The notes under the pieces are model-generated. The model saw nothing but the letters and a program-made list of their open reading frames with translations, was not told the origin of the DNA and made no database searches. Below are positions 53,846-64,000 of a stretch of 64,000 nucleotides of DNA, in pieces; positions within the stretch are counted from its first letter, which is position 1, and each line of letters begins with the position of its first letter. The stretch covers positions 18,714,357-18,778,356 of the forward strand of contig OZ316892.1 in assembly GCA_973895155.1 (NCBI GenBank), given 5' to 3'. Source of the DNA: Marsupella aquatica. Taxonomy: Eukaryota > Plantae > Marchantiophyta. The position numbers were made by a program, and so were the translations under genes.

Positions 53846-53907
53846 CCTAAGCATGGATGACTATTTTTCTGGAATGCACAATTTGTATCGGGTTTTACAT
53901 GCCTTAG

Positions 53908-55006
53908 AAAAAATCATGAAAAACGAGAAGGGTGGTCACCCTTCTTGATAGGTCCGACATCATGTTGAAGACTTCTAGTCGGCAAACCCAAGAGGGGGAA
54001 CTTCATCCAAATTCTTTTGAGCATCCAGAGTTTGGTGATGTGCACTATGATATTTTTACTCATGATGCTCAGCGATTACACGAGGTGGTTCCGGGTCGGG
54101 CTTACACATTAGCTTTAGTGGATATCCCCCTACGGGTTTGCATTGCCTGGATGTCTTCATGAGGACACTACTGGATGGGGAATTGAGGAGATCACAAAAA
54201 TGGTCCAATCTTTCAAGGTGGCTACTACTGCGAAGTTGTGGCGTATTATCATTCACCACAGCCTTGACCAATATGAGGCCATCAAGACCATTTTGAAAGC
54301 GGAGTGTAATGGAGGGTTCCAAAATTGTGTGTGGTAAGAAATATTTGTTTTTGAAAAAAACAATTATTAGTTGTTCATGATTTCATGATCCATGTTTCTA
54401 AGTTTAAATGATCCTTGACTTTTTGTGACTTTTCAGGGTTAAGGATAATGTGAAGAATGCTAGTGGGCCAAGATTGAACAGCAACTTTGAGTGCTTTACA
54501 ATTGGCTTTCACAGCCAAGATGGTAAACGGTTATGGAGCACTTCAATTTTGACACAAATGAATCCAGGAACAATGTGGTTGTATACGCAACTGTGACTAA
54601 GAAGCTGAAACACAACGGGGATAACAAGGCAGTGAATGTCTATCAGAAACCATGTGCATTGTTAGATTGGGAAGTGAGTCATTTTAGTCAAGTTGGAGAC
54701 TGGGTTTTGGATATTTGTTCAGGATCAGGGACTGGGACAACCTTCTCCTTGGCCATGGGGAGACATTGCGTTGCCATTGAGATTGACGAGCGACAGAGCA
54801 GTGTGTTGAAAGGGAGGATTCTTAACCTTGCAGATAACATTAAAGAGGAAGACGGACAGGGGGAGACGGATGAGGATAGTGAGGAAGACATTCCTCAGGC
54901 CGGAGAGGATAGCGTGGTTGACGATGCCACAATTGTTCCAGAATTGACGACAGGGACTTCCGGAACCGAGGAAGGGGAAGCGGTCCCTTTGGATTATACT
55001 AGGTAA
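53908..55006 (+). pseudogene. Beta-class N6-adenine/N4-cytosine DNA methyltransferase (N6_N4_Mtase-like) with one intron and two frameshifts
   Basis: ALVDIP[+1 C at 54126-30]YG catalytic motif, CVW|VK across GT-AG intron 54334-54436, NFE, frameshift at ~54531, YQKP, GDWVLDICSGSGT...GRHCVAIEID SAM-binding motif, acidic tail. Confidence 0.85.
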
Positions 55007-56329
55007 ATAGGGGGACTTGTAGCATTTGAAACCACTTGGGGTTAAGTTGGGTTCTATTCTGTAAAACTTTGAGTTTGACTTAAACTATGATCGATGAGTT
55101 TGATTTTGACTACTTTTATAAAGTGCATATTTCAAGGTTTATACAATTGTGAGAATATCATATAAGATATGCTTAGATTTTGGTGGTAAAATTCTCTTGA
55201 GTCTAGTTTGGAAAATACATACCATTTTTTGGTGGTTTTTTGGTACACATTTTTGAATATCATGAAGATTTTGAATAGAGAAATAAGGCTTTGGACTCAT
55301 CCCTTAAGGCTTCTTGTTTATGTTCAATCCATGTGCTTTGCATAGTGTAAGATGTCTTTGTGTAAAAGATTTTGTTGCATTCATGAAAGACATTCTTAAG
55401 TGAGCGATGTTGTTGCACAAAGGACATTAAAAGACGTTGTAATTGAACTAAAGACATGATTGTGCAAAAATTTCATTAAGTAAAAGAGTAGTTAAACACC
55501 CTTGTATTTTTAGAATACATGGATCCATGACTCACCCCTAGGCTTGCCCTAAAATCCCAAACCTAAATATATCAACCTAAATAACCAGGCTCACGCTAAA
55601 GATCTTGGCCCCACCTCAGCCCCCACTCGGGCTCAACATTTAAATGACTTGAGCAATTGCCTTGGCTCCTCCACAGACCCATTCACTCCAAGTTATGGGC
55701 CTAGAAACTCATTCAAACCTTAGTATTGCGTTAGAATAGCATTAATTATGAGAGCCTTACCATATCCTTAGGATAGCACTAGCTCAATACCCGTGCGTCG
55801 CACAAAAGAAGTTGTGTCGGCCAAGAGGTTGTGGAGAGAAAAGATGTCGTGTCGGCCAGAGGTCATTGGGAAAAAAGACGTTGTTGAGAAAAAAATTTGG
55901 TTAAGTATAACAATGTTGTAATTAAGTACAATACATGGTCAATATTAAGTATTAAAATATATCATTAGTCAAAGACGCTATGAAGTAAAAGATGTTTTTA
56001 AATACAAAAGTGAAAGAATAACATTCACACTTGATAAAATATTTTCAAGAGAATACACAAGATGAGGTCTTTATTGATTTAGTAGAGAACTTCATCATCT
56101 ACAACATTTTTGGTCTTGAACTTTGCTTCTCCATCTTCACTATTTGAAGTAACATTTTTCTCCTTGTCGGACATGTTGCTCTTAAAAAGGCAACATACGG
56201 CTCAATGATTTCTGAAGAGGCGCCCGAGCTTGGGGCAACTCCTTTTTCTGACGAAAGCTCTGTACGTTGGAGAAAGCTAAGTGAAGAGTCAAGCTCCCAA
56301 CAGGGCAAAGAAAGACAATGGCGGTCAAC

Positions 56330-57170
56330 CTAGAGGTGGGGATCGAACAAAGAAGGTGCCCTTGATTCTCAAATGCTAGCAACGTTGAAAGCTAGCTATA
56401 TATCCGTGAACACATTTTCCACAGTACTGCAACCTGGGGAAGACGCGAATGGTGCAGAAGGTTCCAACCAAGGTTTGGTACAAGGTGTACAAAGATTACG
56501 TGAAGGAAATGGAGAAGTTGTGCATGGCAAAGGGGATTTTGCCCCCACCTGAGAGTGAGAGACCCTCATAGAGACAAATGCAGGACGTCTTGAGAGAAAA
56601 TATCAATTCTGAGACAATAGGGGTGAGTGATCCAAAGGATGTTGAGACAATAGTTGTGCAACTTGAGGATGTGCTTGATGAAATTCTAGCTAGTGATGGG
56701 CATCAACAGAGAAGTATGATCCAGATGAGAGACGACTGGAAGGAGAAAGTGCCTCCAGCTTCAGGCGATGCTCTTTCAGCAGCTTGTGGTGGTGGCTCTC
56801 AATCTGTAGGCAAGAAGATTATTGAAGAGCAGAAGCCTAGGGAGACACGCCAAGAAATTCAAAGTCGGGCAGCAGATGCACTACAAAAGATGGCAAATAG
56901 TATGGAGAAAACAGGATTAGCCACTCTTATAGTCTTGCATGAGCAGGTGGAGGTTGCTAATCAAGAATTCTCATTATCTACGGCAAAGAGCCAGAGGAAG
57001 GCTGCATTGACAGAATTTGCAACATCAGGAGAACAAGCAAAAGGCAGAGCAACATGAATCAGACATGCTTCAAAAGAAATTTAAGCATCTAGCTTAAGTT
57101 TTGTAAGAGACAATCATGTCCTTACCAAAGAGGAGTTCCAGGTCCAAGCTAGATCTCTAGCTGAAATTAA
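56330..57170 (+). pseudogene. Decayed accessory (Myb/SANT-like, coiled-coil) gene of a Harbinger-like element
   Basis: Interrupted ORF including 56578-57057 with a helical ADALQKMANSMEK tail, convergent with the DDE_Tnp_4-like gene; identity is inferred mainly from position. Confidence 0.4.
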
Positions 57171-57499
57171 TTAGAAGTTTCAATTATAGAGTATTTTGTA
57201 GAGCATGGTGCATTCTCAACAGTGACTTGCCTTTGGGCAAAGCTTTGTGAACTTAACTCTGGTTTTGAAATAAAGTTTGAATTTGTGCTTCAATTTCATG
57301 GGCAGAATTTCACAAGTGGTTTGATTTGATAGGAACCGGGACAAGAACCTTATTCTGGGACAAGAACCATATTCTGCTGATCAGATCACTGATGCAGGAT
57401 TTCTGGCACTTTCTAAATCTGGAATTCAAGTGGAGAAATTTAAAATAGATGAGACTTGTGAAGAGGGCAGCCATATCTGCAATTTGTTCTACTTGATTT

Positions 57500-58518
57500 G
57501 AATCAAGACATTAGGCTCAATTTTTGTAATAAAAATGAATGCACTTTATTCAGAATGTCAACAAGTGAATATCCATTTGGTGGAGTGGGGCATTGGCGCG
57601 GGCATTGGAGGATTGAAGAGTCGCTGGAGAAGATTTCTGGACGTTTGTCTCTTGTTGAATGCCCTTTGAACTGGATCCAGATCTCCTACAGTCTCTCCAC
57701 AATCAAAGCTTCACATGATATACATTTCCAGACCCAAATAACCAGGGTCTCCTAGTAGATATTCTTCAGGTCTTGTGCAGGGAGGAGTATTTTTAAAATA
57801 CTGACGCCAATTGGGAGACAGTGATCATATAAGATTTTTGAGCACAATTGGCATTGTGCAACAACCCAAGAAACTTAGTACTTAGTATGATTTCAAATTT
57901 GAGGCCTCTTGATTTTGCAGAGAGTGCCATCTATGTGGCCTATGCAACCTGGCCAGTTGGCAGACATCTAGACAATGCTCCTCTACGCTGAGCATCAGGC
58001 CACTGAATTTCATCTACAAGTGCTACATTGATAGCACTTGCAATGAATGGACCATCATCATTTAAGCTTGATCTCAAATAATTCCAATGTGAAGCTTCAT
58101 ACCCACACCCTGTGTTATGCTTCACATAAAATAGAAATGAGAGGAGTCGTTCCTTTGGGTCAAGCTTTGATGGACGACCTTGCTTTAGTTTTCTCTCTCC
58201 ACTGTGCCTTGTAGCGAGAGTCATAACAGGGCACACTCTATTACAAAGTCTATCAAACTCTGACATGGTAAATCCTGTGACCGTTCTAAAAATGAAGAAT
58301 GAGCTTCCATTTAAAGATAACCTAATTTTTCTATCTTTGGCCTGAGTGTATTCAAAGAAAAATTGGCAGATGCAAACTCTCTCTCATTACTAAAAAAAGA
58401 TCATGTGTAAGTGCTACAGCTTGGCAAGCTTGATTGGTTTATTCCAACAGCTTAAGGACAGCAAATTGTAAGCCAGCTCCATCATCACTACTATCGCTGT
58501 CCTCAAATTTAGCCATGA
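57500..58518 (-). pseudogene. PIF/Harbinger (ISL2EU-like, DDE_Tnp_4) transposase remnant
   Basis: FRTVTGFTMSEFDRL, GRPSKLDPKERLLSFLFYVKH, IQWPD, then frameshifted GHIDGTLCKIKRP; stops and frameshifts. Confidence 0.78.
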
Positions 58519-59149
58519 TTGGTCTCAATCAGGCATGAAATTCCTGTACGTATGGCCCACAAAAATTCTAATCTGAACCCCGATCTGAACTTAAGCATGA
58601 GCTTTCAATTTCTTACTGAGACACCCTTTGCCAATTGGTAATTTTGGTAAGAGACCTTCAATTTCTACAATGACTACAATCTGCAGAAATTATGGACAAT
58701 AGCGTGCAGAAATTACGGATGATAGTGTGCAAAAATCATGGACAGCACCATTTGCACTTGGCAAGCCTTGCGCTCCCCCCATCGCCTAGCCCACCATGCT
58801 CCAAAGCCTAGGCTCCCCAACCTTGGACACCAAGCTTTGCCTTCCTGAATCAGCCCACCCAAGCCCCTACAAAATTGACCCTCGCCCTTCTCATCAACCT
58901 CCGTAGCGCCCTGTGCAATGCTTCCCAAAAGCATCAACTTTCAAGCTAGTCCTCCCATGACCATTGACTTTGCCCTTGGTTTTGCCCTTGGTAAGACCTC
59001 CCCGAACTTGCCTGGAGCACGCTCTTTGCAAAACACGTTTAATTCAGCCCAAGACATCTTTTGCACCCTAATGCAGGATTAGCAATTGACATCTTATGTG
59101 GCTGACGCATGCTCTAATGTCACCCAACAGTACAAGGCCTGTTTTACGT

Positions 59150-60220
59150 CTTATCGACTACTTTCCGGACAACGTTAATTGACCATGGCTGAAACCAACT
59201 TAGAAAGTTGCAATCATTCATGTTCTAAAGTCTGTCCATGTGCATTATTAATAATTCTAACATATGCCACTCAAACCGGGAATTGGACTATTTGCAGCAT
59301 GAAAGTAAGTCCCTCATTTGACGTCAACAAAATAGGTGGTATGAACATTATGGTCCCTGCATGCTTGCCTGCAAGAATCCGCCCTCTATGACACAACTAT
59401 TGATTGTACGTACTATGAGTCGTGTCCCGTTACATAATCCTATAGTGAAGTCAATATTACATAAAAGAATAACAGGGCATCCAACCTTAAGTACCAGCTT
59501 GTGCGGAGGCAAACCGCTAGGTGTTAGCATATTCAAGAACTTAATAGGGTAAAAGTCATGTCCTTCCAATTGATCCGGCCAATTTATACTATAGAATGTG
59601 TGGGCAATCCTTGCGAGCCCTTCGAATATTGAACTGTTGATTTTCAGCGCCTCCTCGTTTGTAGGCGCCAATATTGTTCTCGCTTAGGAACTTATCATCA
59701 TATTCTCCAATGATGGATAAATTGCACAAATCAAGGAGTTGGTATCAACAATGTCCTCCACCATGGATGGCGGGACCATAATCATATTATTTAATGCTCA
59801 GGACTTGCTTTGGCAATTTATCATCCCCAAGTTGAAGGAGCCATTCTTGGAAAGTTTGGTTCCCAAACTCAACTGAAGTGAATGTACCAGGCGCACACAT
59901 ATTCTCCTTAAGTTTGAACGTTTTCATAGAGTGCCAAATGTGAGATTTCTTCAAGCATCCTCCTATGCGCACGACTTGCCCTTGCCTTCACTAACAACCC
60001 TTGTCAAAAGTCCCCTACAAATGCAACCACCAGTCCCCTAAACTTTCTGTTGTCTTTTCTTATGTTGCAAAGTGTCCTGCCATACAAGCGTCTCCACAAC
60101 ATGTCGATGAACCATAGGTGCTTCATCTCACAGAATGAATGTTGTCCTTTGCAATAATTTTGCAAGTTCCGTTTGCTTCTTCATGTTGCATAGTGATTGA
60201 GCATCGAGATTGATTTTGTC
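59150..60220 (-). pseudogene. Helitron PIF1-like helicase remnant
   Basis: DEAPM, GDF*Q, LKENM, LAPTNE, SGLPPHKLVLKVGCPVILLCNI...GLCNGTRL, QFPV, FSHGQL; many frameshifts and stops. Confidence 0.92.
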
Positions 60221-60955
60221 CAAAACAACATTGTGTAATCAGGTTGTGTGGAGAAGGTACATCTTGAACCTACTACTTCTCTTGTTTCATTCATTTCATT
60301 GATATATATGTTCAGAATTTATATATACTCCTTGTAATTAGAGAAGAAGCAAAAGCTATCAAGATGATACTCCCTTTTGACCTGTGGTGAATCAAGTCAA
60401 TTGGGGATTGGATAGATATATGCTCAAAACGGGGCTCAAAAGTGGCATGATGAAGGGTCACAAGAGCAGAGCAGTTGCAAAGCAGAGACAAGCTGCCAAG
60501 ATTGGGGTTGATCTTTGTGTGCAGAATGTCAATAATAACTTAGAGCGGAGCAGAAAGTCAAAAAGGATGAGGGATGATGTTATACAAAGTTATGTTGGTG
60601 GTGTAATTGATAGTGATCTATGTAATTCACGTGAAGAGACTTCCGATGTTATTTTTCCTGCCAAGGTGGGTGTGAAGGGAATATTGAAAGTAATTCCTGT
60701 CAAGGAATTTGCAGAAGTTTGTGCAATTGTGCTGACTTATTTTTACAAGCACATATTTGGCGTGCAGAGTGGCCATTACAATTGACCTACTTAAGTGAGC
60801 ATGCTGGTGAGCCTATAGCTGAAATGGAGCAAAACTCTAGTGAGGAGAAGCCTACCGCCTTCCCCTGAACACAACGCCCGGGCATTGTGTTCGAATATGA
60901 CTTTTTTTTGTCCTTAAAGTAAAAAGTGATTTTTCTTCGAACACAGCGTCGGATT

Positions 60956-61298
60956 TGTTAGGTATTTACTCAAGGTCTAGGGTTACGACATGTAACCATA
61001 GTTAGGCTAACCATAGTTGGAGACGTGGTTAGGTTAACTAGGATGCACACTATATGCCAAGCGGTGTTTGCTTGGATAAGTGGAACTTAGGCTCATTGTT
61101 ATGGAGCCACTTGAGAGATGAGGAGAGCTTACACTGTAAAGACTTGGTATGGCCGATGGGCTTAGAGTTCAGTAAAGCTCTCTTGTGTGTTCCCGTGGAC
61201 GTAGCCTCGAGGAGGTGAACCACGTATCTCTTGTGTTGACTACTTGCGCGTTGGATGTGTCATGTGCTTACCGTTACAAGTGTTGTCTATGCTCAACA
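60956..61298 (+). mobile_element. 5' LTR of an LTR retrotransposon (343 bp)
   Basis: Begins TGTTAG, ends TCAACA, and is followed after 2 nt by a PBS. Confidence 0.75.
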
Positions 61299-61300
61299 AT

Positions 61301-61312
61301 TGGTATCAGAGC
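61301..61312 (+). other. Primer-binding site complementary to tRNA-iMet
   Basis: TGGTATCAGAGC immediately 3' of the LTR; no gag/pol recognisable downstream. Confidence 0.88.
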
Positions 61313-64000
61313 ATGCCTGGGAGGTGACATTGTTCGTGACAGGATTTTGTGACGGTTTTTTCCAGCGTTAAGTGTCGGTGGATTTTCCGGAGTTTCGTCG
61401 CATGGAACTTGGAGTTTATGGGCTCAACGGATAGATCGGGGCAAGGGCTTTCTAATGGTGTGAAGAAATTGCTGAACGGAGCTCGTGGTGCGGAGAGATC
61501 TAAGTTTTTGTCATTCTAAATTTTGTGAAGAAAGTCAGCAACATTCGTGTTTTCGGGACCAGAGTTTGTTTTCTCGACGGTGTGAGCTCTACGGTGAAGG
61601 AGGCGTTGCATGCTGTAGCTCTGCTTGTAGATCGGGACGAGCTGATCGTTTTGGTAGATGGTTTGTTGCCAAGTGTGTAACGAGTGCGTCGCAACGAGCA
61701 AAAGAAGCATTCTGATTTTCTGACCGGCTATGGAGTCCTCTTATGCCTGAGCAGGGTTTCTCGTCATTGCGCTCGACTCGGAGGGAGAGACGTGAAGTGC
61801 TTGGGCTGAACGGAGAGATCACAAAGAGGTGATCGTTTTGAGTCCAAGATTGACGGTTTTGCCCACGGGAGGAAGAAGTTATGAGTTTTTGCCACTAATT
61901 GACCAGCAAACGGTGTGGGTGCGCAAATCTTTCCAACCCACCGACATCGGTTTATGATTCCTCACCATAATCCGAACGTTACAAGGTGCAAGCTCTTTTC
62001 GTTTGATTTCCACAAGCATTTTTGGATTTCTTACGGCCAATTTTTTGTTCAAAAGATACTCCAATTACGACTCTCTCTCTCTCTCTAGAGACCTTCATTG
62101 CACATTGGAGAGAAAACTTTTTTTGGGCCCTTACCGGTGACGAGGTGAATTTGGGAACATTGGTGGTCATTTCCTTGGTTTTTTTAGGGAGGCAGATGTT
62201 TTGCTTTCAAAAGGGAGTTTTAGGGGTCATTTGTGTGTGAATACACACACACCGGCCGACCCCCACGCACCCCCGTCGATACTACCCCTCCCCCTCGCAT
62301 TCCACTCTCCTCGTCGGCCGATGCATAACCCTTAGCGCCACCCTTTTTTCTTTTCCTCCCGACCGCGCCCCGCGCCACGCTCTTTCATGTCTCCCCTGAG
62401 GCCGACGACTGCCTCCGGCAGCCGCAAAGTTGCCCTCGCGACTTATTCTCTCCCCACCCCAGCCCCGACTGCGTATGCAGCCGCCCTCCTCGACCCCGTA
62501 CCCTGCCATTGTATGCCAGATTTTAAATTAAACCCCCTTTAGGCCCTATTGTTTTATTTTCTTCCCTCTTTCCCTACTGGCTACCGCATCTTGGGACCTG
62601 CCGCCCTCCACTTTAACCGCTTGGACAGGGGGAACGGCCCCCTGTGAGCCCTGCTGCTCTTTTCAGGAATATTCCTGAAAAAACAGAGAGCGTGTTTTTG
62701 GCCGTCCGTCGAAGATTCTGTCCGCCGAATGGTAACTTTTTTCGTTCGTCTTCGGCAAGTTGCTAGCCATCAAAGTTGGCAACGCGGTGCACAAATATCA
62801 CTATATTCATTAAAACTGAAGTTATAAAGGATATAGGGAAATTTGGCGATTTAAAAACATAGTTTTAGGCATGAAAATTGTAAGTTTGGAAGATGAAAAA
62901 TGAAAATTCAAGCATCATTAAATGTAAATTTGGGGACAAAAAATGAAATTTTGGGAAAATAAAATATTAAATTGGATGATATTAAAAAACATTTGGGTGA
63001 TAAAAGTGTTCATTTGGTTGGAAAATAGATAGAATCTAGTAATAACATATAAGCTTGGATAGCATCTATATTCAAAACATTTAGCTTGAGTAAGATATCT
63101 AACTAAGCACCAATACAATGTAATGACTATATTGTCTAGACAAAGTTAACTAGGATGATATCCAACCTACTAGACTAGAAGGAATGAAATGACATCATTT
63201 TCTAGAATTAAAATATACTAAGACAAATAAAATAATAATTATAAGAAAGTCCATTCAATAACTTTGAGAGATCATAGAGTATTAATTTGATTGTCTTGTT
63301 CTCTCACTTTAGACAAACGCATGGAAATCAACTCGACCGTCTTAATCACAAGTCATTTGAGTGGAGACTTGTAACCTACGAGTTCTATCAATCTACTCAT
63401 CAATTATACCTTCCATGTAAATTTTGAGAGTTTTCAAAACATTCCTAGGAATTGTCAAACCTCTATCCATAATATTTTGTTCTTTAGCACCTGACTTAAA
63501 CCCATACATTGCAGAATTTGCAAACTGCCAACTTTGAGTAACATTGTCAAACCCAGGAACCAGCTCCCAAGTCTTAGTGGTTTGAAAGCAACGTTTGTGA
63601 CGGGTACCCCGTCACGGGAAGTCACACATAACTGGTTGCAAAGGCCGATACCTTGTTAATAGTCAATGTAAATAAGCCATTTTTTAATTTTTAGTTAATT
63701 CCGTCATTATAGGTTGATGATGCCCCAGGTGACTTTATATTCTTTCTCTCATAATAGTTCTAAGATTTGCGGCGACCTAAGTGGGCAAATATTTTGGGAC
63801 CTTGAAACTAGCCAGGACCAGCCCCATAGGACTTACCGTTTTGCTTCAAGAGCTATTGTTGAGACCCCCATTGCAAAGTCAGGAGAGGGGGGGGTTTTTT
63901 TAAATAAATCCCTCCTCAGGAGGGCGAGTCCCATTAGTGGCCGTCCGAGAGAAAGAGGGGCTGCCTCGCGAGCCCATAGGGCTGCGTGCCCGGGCGATTA

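Larger units (their letters stand above)
55779..60220 (-). mobile_element. Helitron remnant: 3' end at 55779, interrupted by a Harbinger-like element
   Basis: Minus strand reads GTGCGACGCAC hairpin + GGGTATTGAGCTAG|T, the canonical hairpin-CTAG terminus; same orientation as the PIF1 helicase remnant. Confidence 0.7.

Noticed and set aside
60384-60870. 133-aa ORF between the helicase remnant and the LTR
   Set aside because: No recognisable domain; likely a decayed fragment.

Overview
Eukaryotic, intron-containing, transposon-dense DNA, most likely from a land plant (plant-type SKP1 and F-box/kelch genes, AAACCCT telo-boxes, tRNA-iMet PBS); a non-seed plant is my guess, not shown. Left to right: the right end of a CACTA element with a ~407-bp subterminal tandem array (1-3842); a Kolobok-like DNA transposon with convergent KolX/P2X7-ballast-like gene and multi-exon DDE transposase (~3.8-10.4 kb); an uncharacterised SAM-domain gene (11.5-15.4 kb) with a diverged paralog at 43.7-48.2 kb; a truncated F-box gene and two SKP1 copies (18-29 kb); an apparently intact 3-exon EnSpm/CACTA-like transposase with a BAH-like C-terminus (30.3-34.4 kb); GTAC-rich satellite arrays; a decayed prokaryote-type ParB/Srx gene and a beta-class N6A/N4C DNA methyltransferase, both with spliceosomal introns, surrounded by about 9 copies of a ~38-bp bipartite palindrome (49.4-55 kb); then Helitron, Harbinger-like and LTR remnants. 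The ParB/methyltransferase/palindrome module and the plant Kolobok-like element are the most notable observations. All family calls are motif recognition by eye; no searches were run.
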